The notes beneath the pieces were generated by a model, which was not told where the DNA came from, ran no database searches, and saw only the letters and a list, made by a program, of their open reading frames with translations. From Parcubacteria group bacterium LiPW_30 (GTDB taxonomy: Bacteria; Patescibacteriota; Minisyncoccia; Phycocordibacterales; VMEP01): 64,000 bases of DNA. Below are positions 55,191 through 64,000 of this stretch, piece by piece. Location: assembly GCA_007375595.1 (NCBI GenBank), contig VMEP01000001.1:479184-543183 (forward strand), read 5' to 3'. The position numbers were made by a program, and so were the translations under genes. Each line of letters starts with the position of its first letter. Within the stretch, counting starts at the first letter, position 1.

Positions 55191-55886
55191 ATGAAAATAC
55201 CACATCGTGATAATTTGTTTTTTGAAATTGCTTACCACACAATAAGAATATTTCTTTCCCCGTTCGTTAAGTTATTTTGGATTAAAAGAGTATCTGGACT
55301 TGAAAATATACCGAAAGAAGGAGCTGCTATATTAGCGTTTAATCATCAAAGTTATTTTGACTTTATTTGTTTTATTGCAGTGTGCCCACGACATATACAC
55401 TATCTTTCCGCAGAAAAATTTTTCTCCAGTTATTTTTGGCGTCCTGTTATGAAAATAATGGGGCAAATAAAGGTAGAAAGAACTAGTAAGAATAAAAATC
55501 TTTTACATTCCTCAATACAATCACACTTAAAACGCGGTAAATTAGTGGGAATATTTCCAGAGGGAACACGTTCTCCACATAAAGAAAAAATGCTTGAGGC
55601 ATTTATCGGGGTAGCTAGATACGCCTATCATGGTAACGTCCCAGTTATACCAATTGGCATAAAAGGTGCATATGAAGTAATGTCTCGTTTTGATGAAAAG
55701 CCGAAAATTAAAAAAAGCATCCAAATTATTATTGGGAGCCCTATAGACCTTTCTGTATATCACAAAAGTAAATTAAACCGCAAAGCCTTTAAGGTTATAA
55801 CAAACAAGATAATGTTAAGAATCTCTGAGTTATCAGGAAAAGCTTATCCGTATAAAATTTACCCACCATGGCCACAAAAAATTTAG
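55191..55886 (+). CDS. Lysophospholipid acyltransferase family protein (second PlsC-like paralog)
   Basis: NHQSYFDF (HxxxxD) and FPEGTRS motifs. Confidence 0.6.
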   Translation: MKIPHRDNLFFEIAYHTIRIFLSPFVKLFWIKRVSGLENIPKEGAAILAFNHQSYFDFICFIAVCPRHIHYLSAEKFFSSYFWRPVMKIMGQIKVERTSKNKNLLHSSIQSHLKRGKLVGIFPEGTRSPHKEKMLEAFIGVARYAYHGNVPVIPIGIKGAYEVMSRFDEKPKIKKSIQIIIGSPIDLSVYHKSKLNRKAFKVITNKIMLRISELSGKAYPYKIYPPWPQKI

Positions 55887-56530
55887 CCATTTTTGATATT
55901 GATAGAACTTTAATTAAAGGGCAAAGCCAAGAAGCTTTGCTTAAATTTATTTATAAAAAGGGGTACATTAAAAATTGTTATTACATTAAAATTATTTTTT
56001 GGTTTGTTTTATATAAATTACATATTGTAAAAAACCCAAAAAAAATAATGGAATACGCCTTTTCCGTTTTTGGTGGAAAGTCAGAACAAGAAGTAAAAGA
56101 AATTATCAATGAGTTTTTCAATGAAGACCTAAAAGGTAGGTTTTATGGTGATGGAATAAAATTAGTTAATGAATTAAAAGATAAGAGATTTCGTATAATT
56201 TTAATATCAAATGCCGTCGATGTTTTGGTAGAAAAAATCGCAGAATATCTTGCGGTGAATGATTTTAGGGGAACTACTCTTGAAGTAAAAGACGGTAAAC
56301 TTACTGGGAAAATTGAAGGTCCAATTGTTTATGGAGTTGAGAAAAGCAATATTGTTAAAAAATATATATCAGACAACAATATAGAACTGGATAATGTATA
56401 CGCATACGGAGATCACATTTCAGATGTCTTCATGTTAGAATTAGCTAAACACCCGTTTGTTGTTAACCCGTCAAATAATTTAAGAAATATTGCGGTAAAA
56501 AGAAACTGGCCAATTTTGATTTTTAAGTAA
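55868..56530 (+). CDS. HAD-superfamily hydrolase (phosphoserine-phosphatase-like, subfamily IB)
   Basis: IFDIDRTLI motif I and the downstream HAD motifs. Overlaps the upstream gene by 19 nt. Confidence 0.6.
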   Translation: MATKNLAIFDIDRTLIKGQSQEALLKFIYKKGYIKNCYYIKIIFWFVLYKLHIVKNPKKIMEYAFSVFGGKSEQEVKEIINEFFNEDLKGRFYGDGIKLVNELKDKRFRIILISNAVDVLVEKIAEYLAVNDFRGTTLEVKDGKLTGKIEGPIVYGVEKSNIVKKYISDNNIELDNVYAYGDHISDVFMLELAKHPFVVNPSNNLRNIAVKRNWPILIFK

Positions 56531-56536
56531 ACAAAT

Positions 56537-58126
56537 ATGAATCTTTTTTATATTTCAAGCATCCTCATATTTTTTGCAAGTTTAACCTTTGGTTTATTTG
56601 TTTACGTTAATAACACAAAAGCAAAATTAAACAGTTCTTGGTTTTTATTCTCATCCCTTATTGCGTTTTGGGGATTCTCGCTTTATGGAGTAACTTCAGC
56701 TAAAGATGTTGAAACTGCGATGTTGTGGCAATACGCACTTGATGTGATAGCAATTTTTATTCCGGTTCTTTACCTTAATTTTATTTTAAGTTTTCTTTCA
56801 ATTAGAAAAAAATGGTTAATTTTCATTACTTTTATCGTTGGGTTATTTTTAGCCTTTTTAAGCACAACACCACTTTTTAAAATTGGCATTGTAAATAAGT
56901 TTGGTTTTTTCTGGATAAATCCCGGACCTTATTATCTATTGTTCCCAGCTTTTTTTATTGTATGTGTTTTGTTATCTTTAGCCTTTCTTTTTAACTCGTA
57001 CTGGAAACACAAAACTGATAAACGCTTACGCGCACAAATACGCTTACAAATAATCGCCGGGGCTATCGGTTTTAGTGGTGGTATTACGAATTTTCTACCG
57101 CAATTTTTTAATATTTTTCCGTTCGGCAATTATTTTGTTTTGCTTTATATATTTTTTATTAGTTATTCAATTATTAAATATAAGTTTTTTGACCTTAAGA
57201 CCGCCGCGACAGAACTTTTTGCCGGTGGTGTTGTTATTTTATTTTTCTTTAATTTGCTTACCTCGGTTACGTTACAAGATTGGCTTATTAGGGCGTTGCT
57301 CTTAGCTCTGGTTTCATTTTTTAGTATTCTTATTGTTCGCGGTGTTTCAAAAGAAGTTAGGGCTCGCGAACAGATTGAATTACTTGCAGGTGATCTAAAA
57401 AAGGCTAATGATAGACTGCAATTCCTTGATAAACAAAAGTCTGAATTCGTTTCTATCGCATCACATCAACTAAGAAGTCCGCTTACAGCCATTAAGGGGT
57501 ATACATCAATGGTTCTTGAGGGGTCATTTGGTTTTATAGAACCAAAAACAAGAGAGGCTGTTGAGCGCATTTTTCAATCGGCTCAAAATCTTGTTGGGAT
57601 TGTTGATGATTTGCTAAACATTACGCGTCTAGAGCAAGGTAGAATGGAATATTCTTTTGAGAAAGTTGATCTATCAGCATTAACTAAAGAAATTGTTGAT
57701 TCGCTTTATCCAAACGCGCTTAATAAAAAACTCGGACTAACTTTTGAAAACGATAACGCTCAAGATTATTTTGTGAACGCAGATTTATTGAAAATTCGCC
57801 AAGTTGTACTAAATTTAGTTGATAACGCAATAAAATATACAAAGGAAGGATCGGTTAAGGTGAATGTTTCTAGAGATTCTGTGAAAAAAATAATTAAGGT
57901 TATGGTTACAGATTCTGGTGTTGGTATTACTCCGGAATTACGTACGCGACTTTTTGAAAAATTTAGCCGAGGGGATGACGTCAGTAAGCTTCACGCAAAT
58001 GGCACAGGGTTAGGTTTATACATTGCAAAACAAATGATAGAAGCCCACAAAGGTTCAATTGGGGTTAATTCTGAAGGAGAGGGTAAGGGCTCAACATTTT
58101 ATATAGAACTTCCTGCGTTGAATTAA
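56537..58126 (+). CDS. Membrane sensor histidine kinase (orphan in this window)
   Basis: Six TM helices, then a HisKA domain (SHQLRSPLTAI) and HATPase (DNAIKYT...GTGLGLYIAK). Confidence 0.75.
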   Translation: MNLFYISSILIFFASLTFGLFVYVNNTKAKLNSSWFLFSSLIAFWGFSLYGVTSAKDVETAMLWQYALDVIAIFIPVLYLNFILSFLSIRKKWLIFITFIVGLFLAFLSTTPLFKIGIVNKFGFFWINPGPYYLLFPAFFIVCVLLSLAFLFNSYWKHKTDKRLRAQIRLQIIAGAIGFSGGITNFLPQFFNIFPFGNYFVLLYIFFISYSIIKYKFFDLKTAATELFAGGVVILFFFNLLTSVTLQDWLIRALLLALVSFFSILIVRGVSKEVRAREQIELLAGDLKKANDRLQFLDKQKSEFVSIASHQLRSPLTAIKGYTSMVLEGSFGFIEPKTREAVERIFQSAQNLVGIVDDLLNITRLEQGRMEYSFEKVDLSALTKEIVDSLYPNALNKKLGLTFENDNAQDYFVNADLLKIRQVVLNLVDNAIKYTKEGSVKVNVSRDSVKKIIKVMVTDSGVGITPELRTRLFEKFSRGDDVSKLHANGTGLGLYIAKQMIEAHKGSIGVNSEGEGKGSTFYIELPALN

Positions 58127-58234
58127 GCAGGGTTTATTTAGTTTTAAATACGTGCTACCGTTTTTGGTAGGCGTTGATGGTTTAATTGTTGGGAGAATCC
58201 TGACGACATCAATGTTCTTTTTAGGGAGCTTGTC

Positions 58235-58450
58235 ATGGGAAAATGGACTAACGCTGATACCGCAGCCTATAGCGGTGATTCCGCAAGCAAGGTCGCAGAG
58301 GCAGAGCACACTGCACGCGACGACGCAACAAAAGCCGGTGTTTTCGAGCGTGGAAATAGCTCGAAAAACAGCGAGCGCTTTAGTCGAGACGATGAGTCTG
58401 GGCGCGAAGCGACGGGTTTTTGGAACTCGATTTTCGGGTCCAAAAAATGA
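58235..58450 (+). CDS. Small hydrophilic protein (71 aa), GC-rich cassette
   Basis: AGGGAG 6 nt upstream of the ATG, and a terminator downstream. D/E/S/G-rich and stress-protein-like in composition. About 52% GC. Confidence 0.4.
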   Translation: MGKWTNADTAAYSGDSASKVAEAEHTARDDATKAGVFERGNSSKNSERFSRDDESGREATGFWNSIFGSKK

Positions 58451-58465
58451 TGGTTGGGTTTGGCT

Positions 58466-58500
58466 GGGGTGAGTGCTTGCGCTCACCCCTTCATATTTTT
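58466..58500 (+). terminator. Intrinsic terminator (GGGGTGAG-TGCTTGCG-CTCACCCC plus T-tract)
   Basis: 8-bp GC stem followed by TTCATATTTTT. Confidence 0.55.
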
Positions 58501-58511
58501 AATATTGTTGT

Positions 58512-59048
58512 GTGGTAAAATATGTAGAAATGGACAAGATTTATAATATTAAATACGTTGACGCTTCCTATAGTTATGAGGAAAGTATAAATCAAACTAA
58601 GTTAGATTTATTTGAAGCTTATGGATATGTTGAAAAGAATAAAAATAATATTGTCATAACTTTTATAAAAAAACACGGAATATCTGAGGAGAAGCAAAAT
58701 CATGACAAAGAGGTAAACATCATCAACGGCTTAGTGATACCAGATACTTCTTTGGCGTCAATTTCTTCTGCTTATAAAACGAATATTTTAGATAACATTA
58801 AGATAAATTATGCTGTTTCTGTAACATGGCGCGACGTAGTACATGTTGAAAATTTACCAAGATATGATTGTTCTGTTATGTATACAGAAGGAATTTTAGT
58901 TAAAATTGAAAGTGACTACGTTATTTTAAAAGATCCAAAAACTATTCGCACATATCCAACGCCAGTTAAAAATCATCCAGGTAGCGGGCTTCCAACATAC
59001 CTTGTTATACCAATATCATTTATTACTGATATTGAAGTTGTGAAGTAA
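58512..59048 (+). CDS. Hypothetical protein (178 aa)
   Basis: Intact AT-rich ORF with no motif. A start at 58530 (MDKIYN) is also possible. Confidence 0.4.
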   Translation: MVKYVEMDKIYNIKYVDASYSYEESINQTKLDLFEAYGYVEKNKNNIVITFIKKHGISEEKQNHDKEVNIINGLVIPDTSLASISSAYKTNILDNIKINYAVSVTWRDVVHVENLPRYDCSVMYTEGILVKIESDYVILKDPKTIRTYPTPVKNHPGSGLPTYLVIPISFITDIEVVK

Positions 59049-59053
59049 AAAAT

Positions 59054-59290
59054 ATGAAAAAATTACTTGTAAAAGATAGTGATGAAAATGTAATTGTAGA
59101 CGTTATTTTTAGGGCTGACGACAACAACGAATATGAATGCGTTGGCGTTTTAGTGGAAGAAAACGACAATTTAATCGAGGTAGCTTTTAATTCTAAAAAC
59201 GGTGAAATTGTAGATTCTATAAACATAAAAAGAGCAGACATAATTAGTATTAATGTTTTAGATTCGTCAAAAATAGAAAAGCTGACATAG
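59054..59290 (+). CDS. Hypothetical small protein (78 aa)
   Basis: Intact ORF, 5 nt after the previous stop. Confidence 0.4.
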   Translation: MKKLLVKDSDENVIVDVIFRADDNNEYECVGVLVEENDNLIEVAFNSKNGEIVDSINIKRADIISINVLDSSKIEKLT

Positions 59291-59349
59291 CTAATCTTTT
59301 AAATCTCAAAAGCTTTTAAAATAAGCCATATTTTGCTATTATTTCAAGC

Positions 59350-60327
59350 ATGTCCGATAAGAAAATAATGCTTTCCGGGGTAAAACCAACAGGGGAGCCA
59401 CATATTGGCAACTATTTCGGCGCTATGCGTCAGTTTGTTCTATTGCAGGATAAATACAAAGGATTCGTTTTTGTGGCCAATTATCATGCACTAACTAATA
59501 ATCCAACAAAAGAAGAGCTTTTAAGTAACTCAAAAAATGTTATTGCGACATATCTTGCGATTGGTCTTGATCCAAAACAAACAACACTATTCTTACAATC
59601 TGATGTTCCAGAAGTTACAGAGCTTATGGCAATTTTTAATAACTTGATTACGATGCCATATCTTATGAGGGCGCACGCGTATAAAGATGCAGCAGCAAAA
59701 AATAAAGAGTTAAATGTTGGAACTTTCGAATACCCAGTTTTAATGGCTGCCGACATTTTGCTTTATGGAGCTGATGTTGTTCCTGTTGGGCAAGACCAAA
59801 AACAACACGTTGAATACGCAAGAGATATTGCAGAAAAATTCAACTATGTTTACGGAGAAACATTTAAATTACCAGAACCTTACATTTTAGATGACGTTAA
59901 AACGGTTGTTGGTACAGACGGAAGAAAAATGAGCAAGAGTTATAACAACACAATTCCACTTTTTGCAGAATATGAAGAAATAAAAAAAGCGGTGATGTCC
60001 ATTCCAACAGACTCAAAGGGCGTTGATGAGGAGAAAGACCCAGAAGTTTGTAATGTTTTTGCCTTACATAAACTATTTAGCGAAGATAGTTTACCTTTAC
60101 TTGAAGAGCGATATCGCAATGGTGGTATTGGTTATAAAGAATCTAAAGAAATTTTAGTTGAGAATATTGAAAAATTTATTGCACCTCTTCGAGAAAAGCG
60201 TAAAGAAATTATTGTGGATGACGATTTTATCATGCAAACTCTTAAAGATGGTAGGGAAGTTGCACAAAAAATTGCTCGCGAAAAAATGATCGAGGTTAGA
60301 GAAAAAGTTGGACTAATAACTACATAA
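59350..60327 (+). CDS. trpS: Tryptophanyl-tRNA synthetase
   Basis: Class I motifs GEPHIGNYFG (HIGH) and KMSKS. Confidence 0.85.
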   Translation: MSDKKIMLSGVKPTGEPHIGNYFGAMRQFVLLQDKYKGFVFVANYHALTNNPTKEELLSNSKNVIATYLAIGLDPKQTTLFLQSDVPEVTELMAIFNNLITMPYLMRAHAYKDAAAKNKELNVGTFEYPVLMAADILLYGADVVPVGQDQKQHVEYARDIAEKFNYVYGETFKLPEPYILDDVKTVVGTDGRKMSKSYNNTIPLFAEYEEIKKAVMSIPTDSKGVDEEKDPEVCNVFALHKLFSEDSLPLLEERYRNGGIGYKESKEILVENIEKFIAPLREKRKEIIVDDDFIMQTLKDGREVAQKIAREKMIEVREKVGLITT

Positions 60328-60329
60328 TT

Positions 60330-61718
60330 ATGAAAAGGACATACATAGACAAGCTTCGTGAACATGTTGGTGAGGAAGTTTTAATTTCTGGCTGGGTAGA
60401 CGTGCGTCGTGATCAGGGTAAGCTTGTTTTTTTTGATTTTCGCGACATGACCGGGAAGGTGCAAGGTGTTGTTTTACCAGCATCTCCTGCAATGGAAATT
60501 GCAAAAGGAATTCGCGATGAATTTGTCGTAACGGTGCGTGGAAAAATCAACGAGCGACCAGAAAAAAATAAACAAGCGGATAGATTAAATGGAGGCGTTG
60601 AGCTTGAGATTTTAGAGATAACCATTTTAAATGGAGCTGAGCCAATGCCTTTTGATATCCACTCTGATACTCGTGAAGTGAACGAGGAAGTTCGTCTTAA
60701 ATACCGCTACCTTGATTTGAGAAGTGAGCGTATGCAAAAAAACATTAGAATGCGTGACAAGATTATTTCTTTTTTCCGTGACTACATGCATAGAAATAAT
60801 TTTGTTGAAATTGAAACACCAATGCTTATGAAGGGGACACCGGAAGGAAGTCGTGAATATGTTGTTCCTTCCCGCCTACATGCGGGAAAATTTTATGTTT
60901 TACCGCAATCACCACAGCAGTTTAAGCAACTCTCAATGGTTGCCTCGTTTGAGAGATATTTCCAAATTGCTCGATGTATGCGTGACGAAGACCAACGAGG
61001 AGACCGTCAACCAGAATTTACACAACTCGACTTTGAAATGTCTTTTGTGGAAAGAGAAGATATTCTTTCTTATACCGAAGAGATGTTTATTGAACTCGTC
61101 AAAAAACTTTATCCTGAGAAAAAGATTTCTGAAACTCCTTTCCCTCGCATAACCTACAAAGAATCTATTGAAAAATATGGTAGCGATAAACCAGATTTAC
61201 GTAAAGATAAAAATGATGCAAACGAGCTTGCTTTTGCTTGGATTGTTGATTTCCCAATGTTTGAAAAAACAAAAGATGGTGAAATCCAAGCAGCGCACCA
61301 TCCTTTCTGTGCGATTAATCCAGAGGATAAGGAAAACTTTATGTCAGGTGAAGATATTTTTTCAATCAGGGCAAATTCTTACGACCTAGTTTTAAATGGT
61401 TACGAACTTTCATCTGGCTCAATTCGTATTCACCAAGAAGCTGAACAAAAACGTGTTTTTGAATTATTAAATATAAGCGAGGAAGAACAACAAAAGAAAT
61501 TTGGACACATGTTGTCAGCTTTCAAATTTGGGGCTCCTCCTCATGGAGGTTTTGCACCTGGAATAGATAGAATTGTAATGCTCCTTCAAGGAGAACCGAA
61601 TATTCGTGAAGTTATTGCGTTTCCTAAGACTGGCGAAGGAAAAGACTTAATGATGGATGCTCCAGCAGAAATCAGTGACAAGCAACTTAAAGAAGTTGGA
61701 ATCAAGATAATTAAGTAG
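60330..61718 (+). CDS. aspS: Aspartyl-tRNA synthetase, short archaeal/eukaryal-type (possibly non-discriminating; AsnRS not excluded)
   Basis: Class IIb OB anticodon-binding N-terminus, motif 2 FQIARCMRDEDQRGDRQPEFTQLDFEMSF and motif 3 GGFAPGIDRIVML. No GAD insertion; 462 aa. Confidence 0.7.
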   Translation: MKRTYIDKLREHVGEEVLISGWVDVRRDQGKLVFFDFRDMTGKVQGVVLPASPAMEIAKGIRDEFVVTVRGKINERPEKNKQADRLNGGVELEILEITILNGAEPMPFDIHSDTREVNEEVRLKYRYLDLRSERMQKNIRMRDKIISFFRDYMHRNNFVEIETPMLMKGTPEGSREYVVPSRLHAGKFYVLPQSPQQFKQLSMVASFERYFQIARCMRDEDQRGDRQPEFTQLDFEMSFVEREDILSYTEEMFIELVKKLYPEKKISETPFPRITYKESIEKYGSDKPDLRKDKNDANELAFAWIVDFPMFEKTKDGEIQAAHHPFCAINPEDKENFMSGEDIFSIRANSYDLVLNGYELSSGSIRIHQEAEQKRVFELLNISEEEQQKKFGHMLSAFKFGAPPHGGFAPGIDRIVMLLQGEPNIREVIAFPKTGEGKDLMMDAPAEISDKQLKEVGIKIIK

Positions 61719-61785
61719 AAAACTTCCGTTTTTTAACCCGTAAATATCCCTAAAGCCTTGAAAATGGCTGTAAAATTGGTATTAT

Positions 61786-62544
61786 TTGACGATGGTAGAA
61801 ACCTATCGTGTTAAAACTGATGCATTTGAAGGGCCGGTTGAGCTTCTCCTGTCTCTCATTGAAAAGCGTAAACTTTTTATAAACGAGGTGTCACTCGCAA
61901 GTGTTACCGATGAGTATTTAAACTTTTTAAAAGGCGCTACCGCTATTTCAATTGGAAGTATCGCAAATTTTATCGTTATTGCTTCAACTCTTCTTTTGGT
62001 TAAGTCAAAATCTTTACTCCCAGACTTTACACTAACGAGTGAAGAAGAAGAATCAATCGGGGATCTTGAAAACAGAATCAGGCTTTACAAAATAGTACGT
62101 GATATCGTTCCAACTCTACGTTCTTTATTCCTTGGAAACACAATTTTTGCTAGACCGTTTTCTAGAAACAAAGAAGTAGTTTTTTTGCCAGATGAGGCGA
62201 TGACAAAAGATAATTTACACGGAGCAATTCTTAATATAATTGAGAGATTGCCTAAAAAAAATCTAGTTCCAGAGGTTGCTGTAAAAAAGGTTATTACAAT
62301 AGAGGAGATGATTAGTAATTTAACTGATAGAATTACAGCTGGGATGTCGATGAGTTTTAAAAGGATTTCAAGCGGGGATGGTGGCAAAGAAGCACGCGTC
62401 CACATGATTGTTAGTTTTCTTGCGCTACTTGAGCTTGTTAAGCAAGGTATTTTTGAAGTTAAGCAAGCAGCGCATTTTGACGATATAATTATCGAGAAAA
62501 ATAACCCTGATACTGAAGCAGAAATAAACCCACAATATACATGA
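61786..62544 (+). CDS. scpA: Segregation and condensation protein A
   Basis: FEGPVELLLSLIEKRKL N-terminus, typical of the ScpA kleisin. Confidence 0.8.
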   Translation: MTMVETYRVKTDAFEGPVELLLSLIEKRKLFINEVSLASVTDEYLNFLKGATAISIGSIANFIVIASTLLLVKSKSLLPDFTLTSEEEESIGDLENRIRLYKIVRDIVPTLRSLFLGNTIFARPFSRNKEVVFLPDEAMTKDNLHGAILNIIERLPKKNLVPEVAVKKVITIEEMISNLTDRITAGMSMSFKRISSGDGGKEARVHMIVSFLALLELVKQGIFEVKQAAHFDDIIIEKNNPDTEAEINPQYT

Positions 62545-63131
62545 CAATAGACGCAAAAATTGAAGCAATGCTTTTTTTTAAAACCGAACCGGTGTCTTCT
62601 TTGGATTTGGCGAAAATGCTTAAAGTTTCAGAAGAAGAAATTTTAAACGGAATAAAAATACTTGAAGAAAAACTAGAAGGGCGTGGAATTTGTCTTCTCA
62701 AGAAAGGCGAATCTTTTATGCTTGGAACTGCTTCGGAGATGAGTCCCATTGTTGAAGAGTTGATAAAGGAAGAACTAAACCGCGACTTAGGAAAAGCTGG
62801 GCTTGAAACGTTGGCGATTGTTTTGTATCGTGGGCCAATATTAAAGAGCGAGATAGACTATATTCGTGGTGTAAACTCTGGTTTTATTTTACGTAACCTT
62901 TTAGTAAGGGGGCTTATTGAAAAAGAGCAGAATAAGGTTGGTCGTGGTTTTATCTATAAACCAACTTTTGATTTAATGCAGCATCTCGGTATAACAGAAG
63001 TTCAAAAATTGCCGGATTTTAACGAGATTAACGCCTCTTTGGATTCTGGAATTAAACAAGGAGACAATTCTTCCGATGAAGAAGGGGAGGTGCCTTCAGG
63101 AGAGGAAGTAAAAACACAAACAAATGGATAG
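62541..63131 (+). CDS. scpB: Segregation and condensation protein B
   Basis: Tandem winged-helix ScpB pattern (IEAMLFF...ETLAIVLYRGPI). Overlaps scpA by 4 nt. Confidence 0.8.
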   Translation: MTIDAKIEAMLFFKTEPVSSLDLAKMLKVSEEEILNGIKILEEKLEGRGICLLKKGESFMLGTASEMSPIVEELIKEELNRDLGKAGLETLAIVLYRGPILKSEIDYIRGVNSGFILRNLLVRGLIEKEQNKVGRGFIYKPTFDLMQHLGITEVQKLPDFNEINASLDSGIKQGDNSSDEEGEVPSGEEVKTQTNG

Positions 63132-64000
63132 AATCAAAGACATTACACTTATTTTTACGCTCGGAACAATGCTTTCCGTCGGTATTTTTTCGTCGTTCGG
63201 GTTGCCAGTGTCTGACCATAAAAAACAATCTGCATCCCTACTTCTTGCTACAACCCTTAAAGAAAAACAGTTTTATTTTGAGAATATTTCTTTGGATGCA
63301 CAAGCAGCGTATGTATGGGATATAAAAAATGACAAGGTTCTTTTTGAAAAAAATTCCACCTATCAATTACCGTTGGCCTCTCTTAATAAAATTATGACGG
63401 CAGTGGTCGCGCTTGAAGGTGGCAAGGAAAATATAATTATTGGTTCATCGGATATAAAAGCGTTTGGTGACTCAGGATTAAAAACAAAAGAGGTATTTAA
63501 AAATACTGAAATTGTTAAGCTCATGCTTACATCATCATCAAACGACGCCGCTTCCGCAATTTCATCAAACTATAACGAAGTGGCGGGTAGTCAAAACTTT
63601 ATTGATTTAATGAATAATAAAGCGTTAGAACTTGGTTTGACTCAAACATACTATGTAAACGAATCTGGTTTAGATTTGTCTAAAGAATTGAGTGGGGGAT
63701 ATGGATCGGCAGAAGATATAGCAAAACTACTTTATTACAGCGTAAAAAAATATCCTGAAATCTTTTCTGCTACAACACAAAAAACGGAAGAGCTTTACTC
63801 TCTAGAGAAGAAACACGTAGTAAAAAATACTAATCCCATAGTAGAAACCATCCCAGGTATTTTAGCTTCAAAAACCGGATTTACAGATATGGCTCAAGGA
63901 AACCTAGCAATAGTTTTTAATGTTGGTTTAAATAGACTAGTCGCAGTTATCGTTTTGGGTTCAACTCAAGATGGACGTTTTGAGGACGCCCAAAAACTCA
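63124..64000 (+). CDS. D-alanyl-D-alanine carboxypeptidase (PBP5/6-like S11 peptidase), truncated by the window end
   Basis: Signal/TM N-terminus, then SxxK (ASLNKIMTA) and SxN (SSSND) motifs. The ORF runs to the window edge. Confidence 0.65.
   Translation, partial: MDRIKDITLIFTLGTMLSVGIFSSFGLPVSDHKKQSASLLLATTLKEKQFYFENISLDAQAAYVWDIKNDKVLFEKNSTYQLPLASLNKIMTAVVALEGGKENIIIGSSDIKAFGDSGLKTKEVFKNTEIVKLMLTSSSNDAASAISSNYNEVAGSQNFIDLMNNKALELGLTQTYYVNESGLDLSKELSGGYGSAEDIAKLLYYSVKKYPEIFSATTQKTEELYSLEKKHVVKNTNPIVETIPGILASKTGFTDMAQGNLAIVFNVGLNRLVAVIVLGSTQDGRFEDAQKL

Noticed and set aside
58091-58486. 131-aa minus-strand and 106-aa + strand ORFs overlapping the 71-aa GC-rich gene
   Set aside because: Only the 71-aa frame has a canonical AGGGAG RBS and sits correctly before the terminator. 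The others are alternative-frame artefacts in GC-rich sequence.

Overview
The window is a low-GC (about 35%) chromosome segment of a small-genome bacterium that looks like a Candidate Phyla Radiation organism. The lineage call rests on short forms of UvrC and AlaRS, two MltG paralogs, a DhnA-type aldolase, an RNHCP protein, giant surface proteins and weak Shine-Dalgarno sequences. Most of the window is housekeeping genes on the + strand:
- a partial eno
- tgt
- a uvrB-uvrA-uvrC cluster
- ddl
- ychF
- leuS
- mnmA
- alaS
- infA-rpmJ-rpsM-rpsK-rpsD-rpoA-rplQ and rplM-rpsI
- grpE-dnaK-dnaJ
- gltX, trpS, aspS and scpAB
- a partial D-Ala-D-Ala carboxypeptidase at the window end

I support three tRNAs by folding them by hand: Pro-CGG, Ala-TGC and Glu-TTC. 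No CRISPR array, transposase, integrase or recognisable defence operon is visible.

Features the housekeeping annotation does not explain:
1. A hemA-like glutamyl-tRNA reductase is translationally coupled to a DhnA/AroA'-type aldolase and sits directly upstream of tRNA-Glu and gltX. The whole 4.5-kb block, including a TPR protein, is bracketed by a roughly 40-bp direct repeat that duplicates the promoter and start codon of the TPR gene. This is the best candidate for an undescribed tRNA-dependent pathway.
2. A family of intergenic hairpin elements occurs at four loci (about 13.6, 24.4, 38.7 and 43.6 kb). They share sequence modules and show a covarying outer stem, which suggests a structured RNA or a protein-binding DNA element.
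3. tRNA-Ala is followed 160 bp later by an exact 20-bp copy of its 3' end, like an att-site remnant, and then by a GC-rich structured non-coding stretch.
4. A roughly 270-nt GC-rich non-coding transcription unit, with a sigma70-like promoter and an intrinsic terminator, lies at about 20.43-20.73 kb. It matches no RNA class I can recognise by eye.
5. At least six small GC-rich cassettes (about 47-52% GC against 35% background) each carry one unassignable gene of 28-225 aa with its own Shine-Dalgarno and intrinsic terminator. Two of them are wedged into the uvrB/uvrA/uvrC cluster.
6. LeuS carries an embedded Nudix-box domain.
7. A very AT-rich minus-strand HExxH protein neighbours a divergently arranged small peptide and the TPR gene.

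All functional calls are motif-level recognition from the translated ORFs. No database search was run.
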